Source: Camelus ferus
Taxonomy: Eukaryota
DNA length: 64,000 nucleotides
NCBI RefSeq assembly: GCF_009834535.1
Contig: NC_045697.1
Span: 47,246,001-47,310,000 of the forward strand
Reading direction: 5' to 3'
The notes beneath the pieces are model-generated. The model saw nothing but the letters and a program-made list of their open reading frames with translations, had not been told where the DNA came from and did not search any database. Both the position numbers and the translations under genes were made by a program. Position 1 is the first letter of the stretch; each line of letters begins with the position of its first letter. Of this stretch, positions 13,331 through 26,100 are shown piece by piece.

Positions 13331-14421
13331 GCCAAAGTATGTATCAGTCCACACTCATTCCCCAAAATGCTTTTCCAAAAAGGATGCCCCAGTCAACTAT
13401 TTGATTCAGCACACTGTGGGATCCCTTAGAAGTTCATAGAACTTAGAACATTTAAGGTGCCCAGAAAATTCTGGAAAGAAAATGTGTTAAACAATTTCTT
13501 TTCTAAATTTCTCTAAACTTATTTTCAAAGTCAATTTTTTAATTCAATTAACACATGTTAGTATCAGGAGAAATAAAATCCTATATACCTCTTTGAGAAA
13601 TACTGTACCACACCAGGCTGTTAGAAAGTAATGTCTATAGAAAAGAATTGTCATCATAAACTATCCTTTCATATCCTATTGAAAACATATATATTTTCCC
13701 ATGAGTTAACTGGTAGTTCTCATGAGCCGTAAGTCAGGTGGTTTTAGCGATTCAACAAACTTCCTGGCTTTTTACCTAAGAGAATAGAATGTTGCTATAG
13801 AATTCCATACACAAGGATACCATGTGGGAATATCAAAAAAGTACATAAATAAGTATTGCATATTCTTATGGTACATATTCTACATTCTGAGTTTATTTAT
13901 GTACAGAACATACCATTTACCCCTTCCCCAAATTCCTGCTTTACATTTTTATTCTAATGTGAATGAAAGAAAAGGATTTTTTGAGACATTACAGAGAATT
14001 TTGTGATTGCTTGAATCTATTAATGATGCCTGGCACATTTTAAAACTAGGATTGGAAATCACTGGACATGGTAATTAAGTTGGGTTTGGCCATGAAAATT
14101 AATTTTGAAATTCAACTCTTTGGTTCATTGCTTATTTTTAAGATCTGTGTGCCAATTCACACTGGTTCTGTGGCAGGCTTTAACATTTTTAAAAACTAAT
14201 TTTTTAATTGGTAACCATGTGTCAACAGCAATCTTAGAAAATTCTTGGTGAAATTCATTGTTTGGGAAATGAAATATAACTTTCAGATGGTGACACCCAC
14301 AGAGTGACAAAACTGGGGATATGCATTTTATTGAAAGTAACCAGAACATAAAAGGTAGAAATGCAAAGTAATTAATTGCTAGAATGTAAGTAAATATAAC
14401 TTGCTATTTGTCAGTCATATA

Positions 14422-14938
14422 TGCTATTCAAATTACCTATTGCTACATTACAAGGTACACCAACATTTAGTGGATTAAAACAACAAAACTTTTAATATGT
14501 ATCATAATTTTGTGGATCAGGATTTTGGAAAGGGTTTAGCTGGGTGATTCTTTTCCTCAACATACTGGTAACTGAATTGGTTGTGAGGATCCACAATGGC
14601 TTTGCTTACATGCCTGGGGCCCTGATAGGATGGCTTCAGGGCTGGGCTCAGCTGAGCCCCTGTTCCTCTTCATGTGGTTTGGGGACCTCTCTGGGTCCCA
14701 GAGTGATTGGATATCTTATTCGCCAACAGGATAGTTGGACTTCTTTCTCAGCTATTCTGGGCTCTGAGTGTGTTACCAGAGACAGAAAATGAAAATGATT
14801 GGACTTCTAAGGCCTGGGCTTGGAAACTGGGAAAGGTCGCTTCCATTATCTTCTATTAGGCAGAGAATCTGAGAAAGCATGGAGCCCAGATCTCAGTAAA
14901 AGTATCAGAGGAATTGTGGCCATCATTAATCTGCAACA
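14422..14938 (-). mobile_element. MLT1-family (ERVL-MaLR) solo LTR
   Basis: ctattgctaca...tttagtggattaaaacaaca...ttttgtggatcaggattttggaaagggtttagctggg is the antisense MLT1 3' end. Confidence 0.8.
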
Positions 14939-15730
14939 TAGGCCAAAACTCTCTGGCAGAAAGGTTTGTGTTATGAAGGAAAAGAAAACAAACTCTCTTG
15001 TGAACTTTTGAACGGGTTAGTGCTTTGATACATAAGTCCTTTTATTCATAAAGCCAAAGTGATGCTGTACTATAAAAAGGTATGCAATCTAGCACATCCA
15101 TATCAAGTGTTTTTGTAGAAGAATTGTATGTTAGTTCTGATTTTGCATTTGAGCATTTCCTTTGTCATCCTAGGCCTCTTGCAAGCACTTGCAAGCACTT
15201 ACAATCCATTCCGTCACTCCTTTGCTATGTGCTCTTACTAGCCATGTTAGCTAATGTTTGAGAACTATCTCCAAACAAGCACCAAAATAAGCAACAAGAT
15301 GCAGCAAACCTGCCAATACTAATGACTCCATGATCAAGATGATGCTGGCTGCTCCTCACTGGTGCTGGTGGAGCTGTGCCTTTTCGCCCAGCAGAGCTCT
15401 GATTTTTGCTTTGGGGTCTATCTTTGTTCCCATCTATGAAGATTTACAAGTTCTAAGTACTTTAGAAGACTTTCAATGTGAAATTTTATTTGGATGAGGC
15501 CGAAGGCTCCCAGGGGAGACTCTTTCACCGTCAGCCCTTTTGTTTGACTCGTCTCTCCAATGGCCCTTTCTTCAAATGTGATCCCTCTCGCTTAATAGAT
15601 CTCTAATAGAAATCATATCTGAATGTAAACAATGATTTCTTTTCATGTAAATAAGATTTCTTTTCAGGGAGATAATTATACAAACATTCTTCAGTGAATT
15701 TTTTCTTTACAACCAAACAGTAAGATGGAG

Positions 15731-15951
15731 CAGGGATTGGCAGGCTACAGGCTGAGGGTCAAATCCAGCCAGTGGCCTGTTTTTGTAAATAGTTTTATTA
15801 GAGCACAGCCACGCTCGTCTGCGTACATAGCGCCCATTCTTGTTTTCATACTACAAGGGCAGAGTTGATTAATTGTGCCAGAGACCGTATGGCAGGCAAC
15901 GCCTAAAATATTTACTATCTGGTCCTTTATAGAAAATGTTGTTGATGCCTG
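15731..15951 (+). mobile_element. MER58A (hAT-Charlie MITE)
   Basis: cagggattggca...gcctgtttttgtaaatagttttatt...cctaaaatatttactatctggtcctttatagaaaa...gatgcctg, full-length and colinear with consensus. Confidence 0.9.
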
Positions 15952-16454
15952 TGATAGTATAATTTCTTTGGAATTTCCTTAGGAAACTGATTTGTTTTTG
16001 CTTGTTTTAAATATACTTATTTTGTTGTGGGTAATGAAAGATTGAACAAATCACAGCTTTTTAGTCTCATGGATAAATAGACAAATGAACTTTAATGAAA
16101 CATTGAATCTGCAGGGATAAAAGGGCCCTCCACTGAACTGCGTTCCATCTCACTTCTTTTGCTGCTGATCTGACTTTTGTAATTTACTGAGTAACTTGAA
16201 ACAAAGGCAGCCTCAGAGCTAAGGCGCATGAGTGTGCAGGAACAAATGAGTCAGATGAGGGAAGTTATGGATGTAGTGGCTGAATTCTTGTCAATTTAGC
16301 CCCTCTGCACTGCTTTTGAACACTTGGTTCTGACTCATATCGTAATTGAGCATAGGGGAAACTCTGGGGAGATCTCTGGACCATTTAGAAGGAAATATAT
16401 ATACTTGTATATCTCCTGCACTTGTTAGACTACTCTCTGTCTACATATGAAAAC

Positions 16455-16975
16455 AGGTAGTTGGTAACACCCAGTGTTGGCTAGGGCATTGGCAAACTAG
16501 CCTTCTTATCGCCATTTGTGAGAGTATAATTTATTTCAATGTTTCTAAAAGGCTAAATTTTTATCTTTGAATTCTAGTGCTAATATTTCCCTAATTATAG
16601 TGGAAAGGAGATATATAAATTTATTTGCAAAGACATTTATTTGTAGTTGTATTTATAATAATAAAACATTGGCAACAATTTATATATCATAAGAGATTAA
16701 ATGTAGTTGAATAAAGGAAAACTGCATATAATATTGAGGAGGGGGAAACAAGTGACAAAATAATGCACACAACTTTAGCCCAATTTTTTGTAAACATATG
16801 CATAATTTATGCATAGAAAATTCCAAAAGACAAACCGTTTTAAAAAGGGTAATTATATTTAAACAATGGCTTTATGGATAACTTTATTTTGTACTTTGGA
16901 TTTCTTCATATTTTCCATAAGAAGCATATATTACTTTTGTGATTAAATAAAGTAACAACAGATGTTTATTTAAAA
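16455..16975 (+). mobile_element. Highly decayed L1ME-type 3' fragment
   Basis: taacacccagtgttggc...gagagtataatt...tttataataataaaacattgg resemble the L1 ORF2 end and 3'UTR. Confidence 0.5.
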
Positions 16976-18939
16976 GGCCATATTATGGATTTTAAAATGT
17001 CCTCAACTAATCAACTATTTACCTCACCTATGTGATTGAAAGGAAAATAAAGAGGCTTTTATTGATTTCATGGAATTTACTTTGTTGTCTGAATCCATGT
17101 AATTAAATGAGTACTTATAATTATGTAGGCTTAGCCATGAGTTTTCATTTTTCTGTGTCTCCTAGAAATTGATACAAATTTTGAAGTGGGGTCTATCCTA
17201 TATCCCTTTCCTAAGTGTACAAATCTTTCTTTCAGCTAAAGCAAAACATATTTCCCCAGAACTAAAGATTTAGCCACATCGTTTCACTTCCTAATAAGAA
17301 TTTCTAATTTAATATTTATATTATTTAAGTTCTTATGCTGCTCAATTATATTTATGGAAAGCATGAGTCTCAAAGAAAAGTATGAAGATTAAAAACCCAA
17401 GAACAATCTTTCAAAATGTAATACGTATTTTCTCTTGAGTATTATGCTTATAAAAAGTGGTGCCACAGCAATTGTTTGCTTCAATCCAATACAAGACTTG
17501 CTTCCCTCACCAGGTGATCAAGTCAGTTTCAGCAAAGAGTTTAACCCTACAGGCTTCCTTGTTCCCTGGCCTTGCAGCTGATGCTGCCCGAACAGAAGAG
17601 GCCAGAAATGCAACTGTTTGGGGCCAAAAGCACCTGCCTGTGCTCTGTGACACAACCAAGATCAATTTATGTCTTACAGGTCAGTGAGTGACCCTGGGAT
17701 ATATTTGGCTTTTGGCTGCTGGTAGCTTAGAAACTTCGCATTCTACCTCCCACTGTTGGGTCTCTTCGCTCTCCCTTCAATCACTACTGATCACATTGTT
17801 TAGAATTTAAACAAATATTTTCTATTAATCTAGCTACAGAATTGATTCCTTTCTAATGAAAGGCTCACAGAAGCTGGGTGAAATCAGAATATAAGCAGAG
17901 TAATCCAGCAACTGTGAAAGAAAATAGGATATTTTCAACAACAGGTGGTAGAGCAGATTGCTTTATAGGAAGTATTAATATTCATTAGGAAAAAGATAAT
18001 CTTAGCTTTAGCCAAAAAGGTAATCAAGAACATTGTGCACCAACGCAAAGCTTTCTATACTCCCAGTCGTGCTAGAAGTCCAAACAAAACTTTTAGACTT
18101 TATAGTAGAACTTGCCAAAAATTATGAGAATCTCAAATTTTGGGCTATCTGGCTTGTTTTGACTGAAGCTCTTTTTTTTTTTTTTTCATTTGCATTGAGA
18201 AAAATAAAGCAGTAATTATATCAGGTGTTGATCTGTGCTGGACTAGATTTGAAATTAATGCTGATAGGTGAAATTTTTAAAGCTGCATTTTTTAAGACCA
18301 CATTTCAAAGCTTTTCACAAGTGTTGCAAATGAACTTATAGATCTCTTGCATTTTAAGACATTTTGATTTTCATTTACATTACATGCAGTAAGAATCTTA
18401 CAGAGGAAACAAAATATTACTGTTAGAGTTCAAGGTGAAAGAGCCAGTATTTGCCATTTAGTTTCAATATATGCACTTACTAGTTCATCATTTTTGCTGC
18501 TTTATACGCCTTGAACAAATCCTTACTAATCATGCATTTGGTTTCTGATGGGTGAAAACAAGGAGAAAGAAATTTTCTTGACAAAGATTCATATCTTAAT
18601 TGTTTCACAGTAACATACCGTCAACATGTTTGAGCTGTCCAGTTAATTGTGGTTAATTCAAGAAATGAGATCTGATTATCAAATTTATTGTTTCAAATCC
18701 TTGGGTTAAATTTCCTTAGTACAACATTGGTTCTCCCTCACTCTTCTAGAAAGTCTATGAGCTGAGTGGTAGCACCAGCTGGTGCATCACAGTGATATCT
18801 GAGTGGAGAGTTCTAGAACAAATATTGGAAAGAGAGAACTAAGGCCAAGAGTCAAGGAGGCTGGAGAAATTTTGAGGAGATAATCATCTGATTTCAGTGA
18901 GTTTAAGGCATTTAATATTTTAAAATTACATCCAGATGG

Positions 18940-19237
18940 ATGTTAAGATGCTTTTGGCTACTGTAACAGAAATCCTCACTTGAAATGGCTTAACTGATAG
19001 CATTTATTTTCTCATATAACAAAGATTTCAGAAGTAGGGCAGGATCCAAGTTTGACTGATTCAATGTCTCGATGATGTCATCAAAGATTTACAGGGGAAA
19101 GGATAAATTATGAGTTTGGGATTAGCAGATACAAACTACTATATATAAAACAGAGAAACAACAAGGTCCTACTGTGTAGCACAAGGAACTATATTCCATT
19201 GCTTATAATAAACTATTATGGAAAAGAATATGAAAAG

Positions 19238-19277
<40 letters not shown>

Positions 19278-19700
19278 GAATCACTATGCTGTACACCAGA
19301 AACTAACACAACATTGTAAATCAACTATACTTCAGTTAAGAAAAAAAAAGATTTAGATTCTTTGCATCCTCAAGAGTGGCTTTATCCCTTTGTTTTTTCT
19401 TTGTTGGAAGATGGCTGTCAGCGGTCATTGGGCTACAAATGTTCTTCTATATGTCCAGAAAAAGAGAAACATTATCCTCTCATCAATCAGATTTTGGGTT
19501 AGGTACACACCCCAAACCAATAATAGTAGCCTGGGGAACGCCATACACAGATTGCTCTAAACTTTTGACTAATCATGATCAGGAGGTGGGGATGGAATCA
19601 TGTTTCTTTAATGCACATAGCTGTGTGGGAAAGAGGTTATTTAACGAGTAAATGGGGAACAGGTGTTGGGGCAGGCAACCAATATTATTGTCTATTTCAA
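18940..19700 (-). mobile_element. MLT1J/K-like LTR interrupted by an L1 insertion
   Basis: gatgcttttggctactgtaacagaaatcc...aatggcttaa and aagatggctg motifs on both sides of the insert. Confidence 0.7.
19092..19346 (+). mobile_element. Cetartiodactyl-type 5'-truncated L1 with internal (TA)17
   Basis: gagtttgggattagcagatacaaactactatatataaaa...aacacaacattgtaaatcaactatacttc plus A tail; 9-bp TSD aaagattta at 19083-19091 and 19347-19355; (TA)n at 19241-19275. Confidence 0.92.
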
Positions 19701-20134
19701 GATGCTAAGGTAGTTTGAGTGAGAACACAAGTCAGCAACTTTTGAAACAATCAGAAGAACAAGAAATATTCAAAACTAGAAAGAAGTTGACCACAAACAA
19801 CAGACCAATGATCTTGACATCGCTTCTAGTTCAGAATCAAAAACTGGTGATGAGAAGCTGCAGACAGATGACCAGAATATACACCTCTCACCCCACCAGC
19901 TGTGTAAATCCCATGAGCTCCCCTATGTCTGCCCCAAACTTCTCATTCCAGTCACCCTAGGCCCCCTCCCAAAAAACAAGCTCTCCTCTCTCACTGTCAT
20001 CCCCAGTCCACTACGTCCTTCTTTTTTTGATTCTTTAATTGGAAAACAATCCTCCTACATCCTTTATCTTGTCCCCAGATGCATTCTTTGCAACCTGATG
20101 TATTTGAAGAGCCAGCTTTTGTTCAGTGGTTGTG

Positions 20135-20135
<1 letters not shown>

Positions 20136-20172
<37 letters not shown>
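20136..20172. repeat. (TG)18 microsatellite
   Basis: Seen directly. Confidence 0.95.
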
Positions 20173-20173
<1 letters not shown>

Positions 20174-20577
20174 GTGTGCACGCGCATGCGCATGGGTGTG
20201 AAGGTTTTGAACGGGATATGAGTCCCACCCCTTCTGCAGACCCTAACTTCCACCCCTGCCCTCCTTGCCTTGGTCCCTTGATTTGGACATATCTGTGGCT
20301 TTACCAGCTTGAGTCAACCTAAGCCCTGTCTCTCTATCAAATCAAAGGAATTAGACAGTAAGGAAAAAATAGGGTAAATTTGTAGATGTAGACCTAGGGA
20401 AGGCTTCACAGAGGAGGTGACACTTAAACTGATGTTATACAATCTAGAAGGAGAAGACAGCTCGTGTTGAAGAAATCTACTTAATAAAGTTAGATCACTA
20501 GGTAAGAGGTGAGAGATGAGGCTAGACAAAAAGGTAGGGACCGTCTCTGGTAATTTTTAAATCCATGTCTATCTCTA

Positions 20578-20672
20578 TTCTGATTCAATTCATCTAGAAT
20601 GGGGCTTGGACTTAGATATGTTTTAAAAACTCCCCAGATGGTTTCAATATACAACTGGCTTGGGAACCACTG
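20578..20672. mobile_element. MER5A fragment (hAT-Charlie)
   Basis: tctgattcaatt...aaactccccagatggttt...ttgggaaccactg terminal inverted repeat. Confidence 0.7.
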
Positions 20673-21214
20673 TTCTAAAGAGACACTGAAGTAACGGGAT
20701 CATGACAGAGTTGAATGTGGGTGGGATAGCCTAGAGAGAAACTAAAACGCAAAGGGAACCTTGAAAGTGCCATGAGAGTTGGAAGGCAGTAGTGTCTGGA
20801 ACTCAGGAAAGAGGGACTGGCCATCGATGTCAACATGCGAGAGGTCAGGACTGGGCCTGAGAAGAGACTATTGGATTTTTCTTATTTATAAGAGGAACTT
20901 CAAGTTACTCAGATCAGAGTCACATGTGTCAAGGGGCGAGCAAAGTTAAAGGGGAGAAGATATTTGGTTGAGAAGAGATGATCACTGTACGAAACATGGG
21001 GGCTTTTATAATTCAGCATAGAAGTGACTTGAAATGTTTCTATGTTAAGAGGAATGGATTTGTTTTACCAATAGCACGGATGAAAGTAATTTATGTGTTC
21101 TACATTACAGTAAGCCCAACATGAGTGGATCCTATGACCTGATCACCACTAGAGCATATATGGTGAGAGTACCCTGCCACTCTGACCACTGGGTTAGGAG
21201 TATGTCATCCTGGT

Positions 21215-21475
21215 AATAAGTTGGTTGGGACCCTTTTCTGTTCAGCACTGGTCGGATCACACCCAGAGAACTGTATTCCACTAACACCTTTTCGGAGATT
21301 TATCAACAAACTGGGGGCCATTCAGAGAAGAATGACATTAGAGGGAATCAAAACCATGTCATGTGATGGATAGTTGAAAAAAGTGGGAATATTTTGCCTG
21401 GAAAAAAAAAGATTTGAGGCGACATAGTATTTTATATATTTGAAGACCATGATATGGAAAATGAAGGAGACATTC
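21215..21475 (+). mobile_element. L3/CR1 LINE fragment (3' part of the RT ORF)
   Basis: gcactggtcggatcacacccagaga...caacaaactgg...aaaccatgtcatgtgatggatagttgaaaaaagtgggaatattttgcctggaaaa matches the L3 consensus. Confidence 0.8.
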
Positions 21476-22514
21476 TATAAATGCTTGGGAGACTATTCTT
21501 AGGCTGTCACCAAAGCAAAATTATCCTGGGGGCCTAGAAAAATAGGAAGAGCTTTTTCCCAAGTCAGAATAGGAATTCTACTGGAATAGAGAGGCAAGGA
21601 CATTCTTGAGAGAAGCCAAATTAGATGATTTATATTATAAGGGGAAAAGTATGTATGGAACAAGAGAATTAGTTCTCTTGTTCAGTGACCAAGGAGGTAG
21701 AGAATAAATCAAGGTAAAGCACTCCTCCTAAGCTTGGGAGGCAATATGGTTGCTTTAAGGAACTGAAGTATGAAGGACAATACAAATCAAAAAGGAAACG
21801 GGAATCTTAATATTAGGTAAAAACTGAGGGTATAGACTTTATGAACTTATTCCTCCATATCTAGAGGTATCAATATGTCTATATGTAAAGCATGTTCATT
21901 ATTGCAGAAGATTCAGACAGTATAAAAGCATAAAAACAAAAAGAGTATTGTTTTTACATTTGAGGCCTTCCAGTGAATGAAACGTATTACTCATTTCAGT
22001 TTGGAAACAATGAGAGTTAAGAATCAGGCATACAGACACCAAGATGTCAGTTTTGTTATTGCTAGAACTACCATAGGATGTGGCGTAGCAGGGAGGCAGC
22101 AGTGGGCTTGGTAATACCAAACTCTAGGACAGTCGCTGAGGCCTTGGGAACCCTACACAACCACAGTCTCCTCTCCTAGGAGGGTCCATCCCCATAACTT
22201 ACAGTATGGAATGAAAGAGCAGAAGAGTGGTTTCTGCTGGAGTCTGATTCCAAACAGAGGGAAAGAAACAATGCGATTGAGTCACACCTGTTCACTTCTT
22301 CAAACCTACCAATCTACTCCTTCACCCAGGAGTGGTGTTTCTCTAACACCTACTCCTCACCTGGAAGTAAGAGTTGGAGAGAATATGCATATTCCTCCAT
22401 ATCACCCAGAGCCTCCAAGAAGTGGAATAAGGAATAAGGGTCAAGAGGTCAGAGATGTAAGGGAAACTGTTCCCACAATGCAACACAAGAACTAGGAGTA
22501 ACTTATTTCCATCA

Positions 22515-22845
22515 ACCTCCCCACAGGAAACCACTGTTAACAGTTTGGAATTGTTTGAAATTTATGCTTCCGGTCTTTTTTTTTAGGCAGATGGATATAA
22601 AGTTTACAGGTTTTTCTGTACAAAAATCAGTATATTACATAAACTATTTTACAACTTTTTTCTTTGCTTAATGATATATTTGTAGATTTCTTTTTTCCCA
22701 AATATGTATATATGTCAGACATATCCTTTGTAATAATGCTTAGAATTTCAGTGAGTTACAGGTTTTTCTATGAACTGACATTTAAGTTCTTCCAAAATTT
22801 TTATTACTATTAAAAATAATGCCAGGAACATGGTTGTTTATACAA
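22515..22845 (-). mobile_element. L1ME-type 3' fragment
   Basis: aaccactgttaacagtttgg and downstream antisense L1ME 3'UTR motifs. Confidence 0.6.
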
Positions 22846-23589
22846 GGAGACTGACAAATAGTGCTATTTCAGGTGTCATGAGCTGCTTGCTGCTGAACAC
22901 TCTCAAGCCTAGACTGGAAGATGACTTAGTAGGTACCATTGGAGACTGTGGGAAACTGCAGATGAGCAGTTAGAAGGGATGACAGTTGTGAACTCCCCCA
23001 AAGAGTAGAACTCCAGCAAGTGAATAAATTGTATATTGCCCAGTTGTAAAGTTCTTCAGCCTTGACAACTTAGAGCTGCCTCACGTGCATTTGCTCAAGT
23101 TGCTGGGAAGTGTACTTCTGTCCATTAACAGACCTTCCCCCCATCATATCTGTATTGTCTTGACTTACTAACTCAGCTAGAGATTTCCTGACCAACGTTT
23201 CCAAGAAACCCAGGGAAGAAATTACATCAGCACATGACCTTTGAATCCAACATCTCAGCTGTTTTACCATTTGCTAATGAATTTTCTCAGTGCCTCTGCA
23301 AATCAGGTCATCATGATAAGGGAAGTGCCAGCCAAGTTTTTAAAGGCAATAACCAACATTACTTTTTGTTTCCAACTGGGGAAAAGTGTGACTGTTTATA
23401 CTCACTTCCGAGTGACTGTTTCCTCTTTTTCCTTAGTGAACCCAAATGTGGAGAGCCTTTGACAATATAAGCTTGTCTGCATTTCAGGAAATTTTTTTAT
23501 AAGTAGGTGGTAAACAGATAAAAGGCTATTAACCCTGATGCTGTATGACTGAAGTTTGCTGTTTTTGAAAAGAAACTCTAAAATAGTAT

Positions 23590-23850
23590 TTTTTTTAACT
23601 TTTTATTTGGAAACAATTTTATTACAGAAAAGCTCCATGAATAGCACAAGGAACATCTATAATACTCTTTACACAGATTCTTTCTCTCTCTCTTTTCATG
23701 TATATACACATATATGTATTCATAGATGTCTATATGGAGATATAAATGCATATATGTACATCATACACACACATTTTTCTGAACTTTAAGAATAAGTTGT
23801 ATATGTCTAGAGAGAAGAATATTCTCTTACACAGTCACAGTACAGACTAC
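23590..23850 (-). mobile_element. L1MC4/5-like 3' end
   Basis: aactttttatttggaaacaatt...acagaaaag...aatagcacaaggaac...tttacacagattc. Confidence 0.6.
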
Positions 23851-24037
23851 AGCTTTTACCATTGCCTTTCTCCTTTCTTAATTGAATAACAAACAAATTT
23901 AAATCTATATTTCTAGGTCTCGCTTTTCAATCAAAATTCAGAACAATAGTTTAAGGACTTACCAGATATTTCTAATTTGCTTTTCTACAAGCATTCCACC
24001 TTTTACCCATGCCCATGCTCCAAACTTGGTAGGTCTC

Positions 24038-24335
24038 TGTCTTTTCTTGAATTTCCTTTGAAAAAAGAGCCAGAGGAAAGGACTTAGGTGCAAACTGTTT
24101 TTGAAAGAGATGATTCTAGGAAGACAGAGTGAAGCATAGGAGGGAATGAGATGGGGAAGGAAGGAAAGCTGACATAAGGGAGCATTAGCAAGGTCACCTT
24201 GAGGTTAGGTCTTACATAACCTCCAGCAAAGTATAAGAAACGGCTCTCAGAATTGCCCACATGAGATGATGATGTGCTGGAGTATTTAACCAGGTTCTTA
24301 TCCCACCGTGGTTGAGAGTTACCCCTGGGAGAGTC
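24038..24335 (-). mobile_element. ERVL-class LTR fragment (LTR16/LTR33-like)
   Basis: gaggaaaggacttaggtgcaaactgttt...gatgattctaggaag...gagatggggaaggaaggaaagc. Confidence 0.55.
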
Positions 24336-24339
24336 TTCA

Positions 24340-24876
24340 TTTCAAGGCTGATTTTCAATTTATAAAATATCTTTTCAAATTTGCTGTTAGTAATATTCAA
24401 TTGAAATAAGAATTAGTAAATTTTTTTACTAGAAAGTCACATCAGATCTAAAAAGGAACATGATTTGTCAATGTGGATGCAAATATTAAAAGAAAATGAT
24501 TTTTTGGGGGTACTTATTTCAGTGACAAGAAAACTTTTAAGTATGTTTCAAATAATTTAGATATGCGAATTTACTTTTCCAACTGTCAAAATTTATGAAA
24601 TCTAAATTCACAAAATGTTTCTGATAAAAATTTAAGATCCAAATTGAAATATTCTATAAATAAAATACACACTGGGCTTTAAAGACATTGTATAAAAATT
24701 TAACAAGTATCTTAATAATTTTACTATTGATTATATGCTGAAATAATATTTTTGATATAATAAGTAACATATATTAACATTTATTTCACGTATTTCTTTT
24801 AACAATTTTTAATTTAGCTACTAGAAAATGTAAAATTATATGTATGACTACTATAAATTTCGATTGGACAGTGCTG
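24340..24876 (+). mobile_element. Charlie5/MER33-related hAT transposon 3' part with decayed transposase C-terminus
   Basis: Translates as MWMQILKENDF...RKLLSMFQII*ICEFTF, resembling the hAT dimerisation domain; ends in the TIR ttggacagtgctg. Confidence 0.8.
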
Positions 24877-24889
24877 CCCTAGATAATTA

Positions 24890-26100
24890 ATTGTAAAACT
24901 TAAATAACAATAAAGTAATTCAGTAGGATATAAAATTAACATGTAACATTTAAATCTCTTAAATCTCAAATTTCTTAATGCATATTTACAGAGGTACCAG
25001 AAAAAAGATTGAATATTTAGGAACAGACTTTACAAAAAATGTTGAATATCCATACAAAAAAAGCTGTAAAACATTCCTGAAAGACATCAAAGAAGACTGA
25101 AACAAATGGAAATATATCTCTTATTCTAGTTTCAAAATCATCAAGATACCAGTTTTGTATATACTCTGCAACCTTAATGTTATCCCAACAGAAACAGCAA
25201 CACTTTTTTTCTGGAGCTAGACAAGTTGATTTGAAATAAAGTTCATATGGAAAAATAAACATTCTGGAATATTTAGGAAAACATGGCAAATTAAGAGCTA
25301 CAAAGGAGGACTACCATGCCTGCTGTTGAAATAAACTGCAAGGCCTCTGTAATTAAAACCATGTGATACAGGCACATGCATAATCAAACAGACCAATGAA
25401 ATAGAATTAGAAGTCCAGAAATAGACCCGACTACATATGGAAATGTCACATATGATAACTGTGGGAGCTCAAATCCCTGGGGCAAAGATGGCCTTTTTTA
25501 ATAAGTGCTGTTGAAACAACTGGGTAGCCATTTGGAAAAAAGATGAAATTAGATTCATTCCTCACATTTCACATAAAAACAGGCCCCACATGAATCAGAG
25601 ATCAAGATGTAAAAAGTGAAACTGTACAAGTACTGGAAGGAAACATGAATTCTACCTTTAACTTCAGTGTCGGAAAAAGCTTCTAACTATGGCTCAAAAT
25701 CCAGATGCAAAAATATTAATACGTTTCACTACATTAAAAAAAAAACACTTTTTCTTTTTTTGCATGGTTGCATGGGCGGAAATATACCATAAACAGGGTT
25801 GGGGGAAGGGTATAGCTCAAGTGATAGAGTGTGTGCTCAGTACCCATGAGGTCAGGGGTTCAATCCCCAGTACCTCCTCCAAGCAGAAATCAATGAAGAA
25901 ATCTTTCTACCTCCCCCTCACAAAAAAGCAATACAAGCCAAAAACAGGGTCAAAAACCAAACGGCAAACTATAAGAAAGTTTTTGCAGTATACATCAGAA
26001 ATGAAGGACTAATGTCTCTAATAAAAATTTCTGAAATTTGAAAAAACATTTAAATCCTATTGAAAATGGGCAAAAGTCATGAAAAATCACTCACAAAAAA
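24890..26100 (+). mobile_element. Old L1M ORF2 3' fragment interrupted by a SINE
   Basis: ttcatatggaaaaataaac, gtaattaaaacc, agaccaatgaaatagaattagaagtccagaaatagaccc and gaaaatgggcaaaag are L1 ORF2 motifs. Confidence 0.8.
25800..25941 (+). mobile_element. tRNA-derived SINE, camelid Vic-1 type
   Basis: ggggaagggtatagctcaagtgatagagtg...gaggtcaggggttcaatccccagtacctcc has Pol III A and B boxes, a tRNA-unrelated tail and an A-rich end; 9-bp TSD aaacagggt at 25791-25799 and 25942-25950. Confidence 0.9.

Noticed and set aside
15178..15207. Short 10-bp tandem cttgcaagca repeated 2-3 times
   Set aside because: Ordinary slippage duplication with no further structure
25801..25876. tRNA gene
   Set aside because: Has A and B boxes but also a tRNA-unrelated tail, A-rich end and TSD, and it sits inside an L1: it is a SINE
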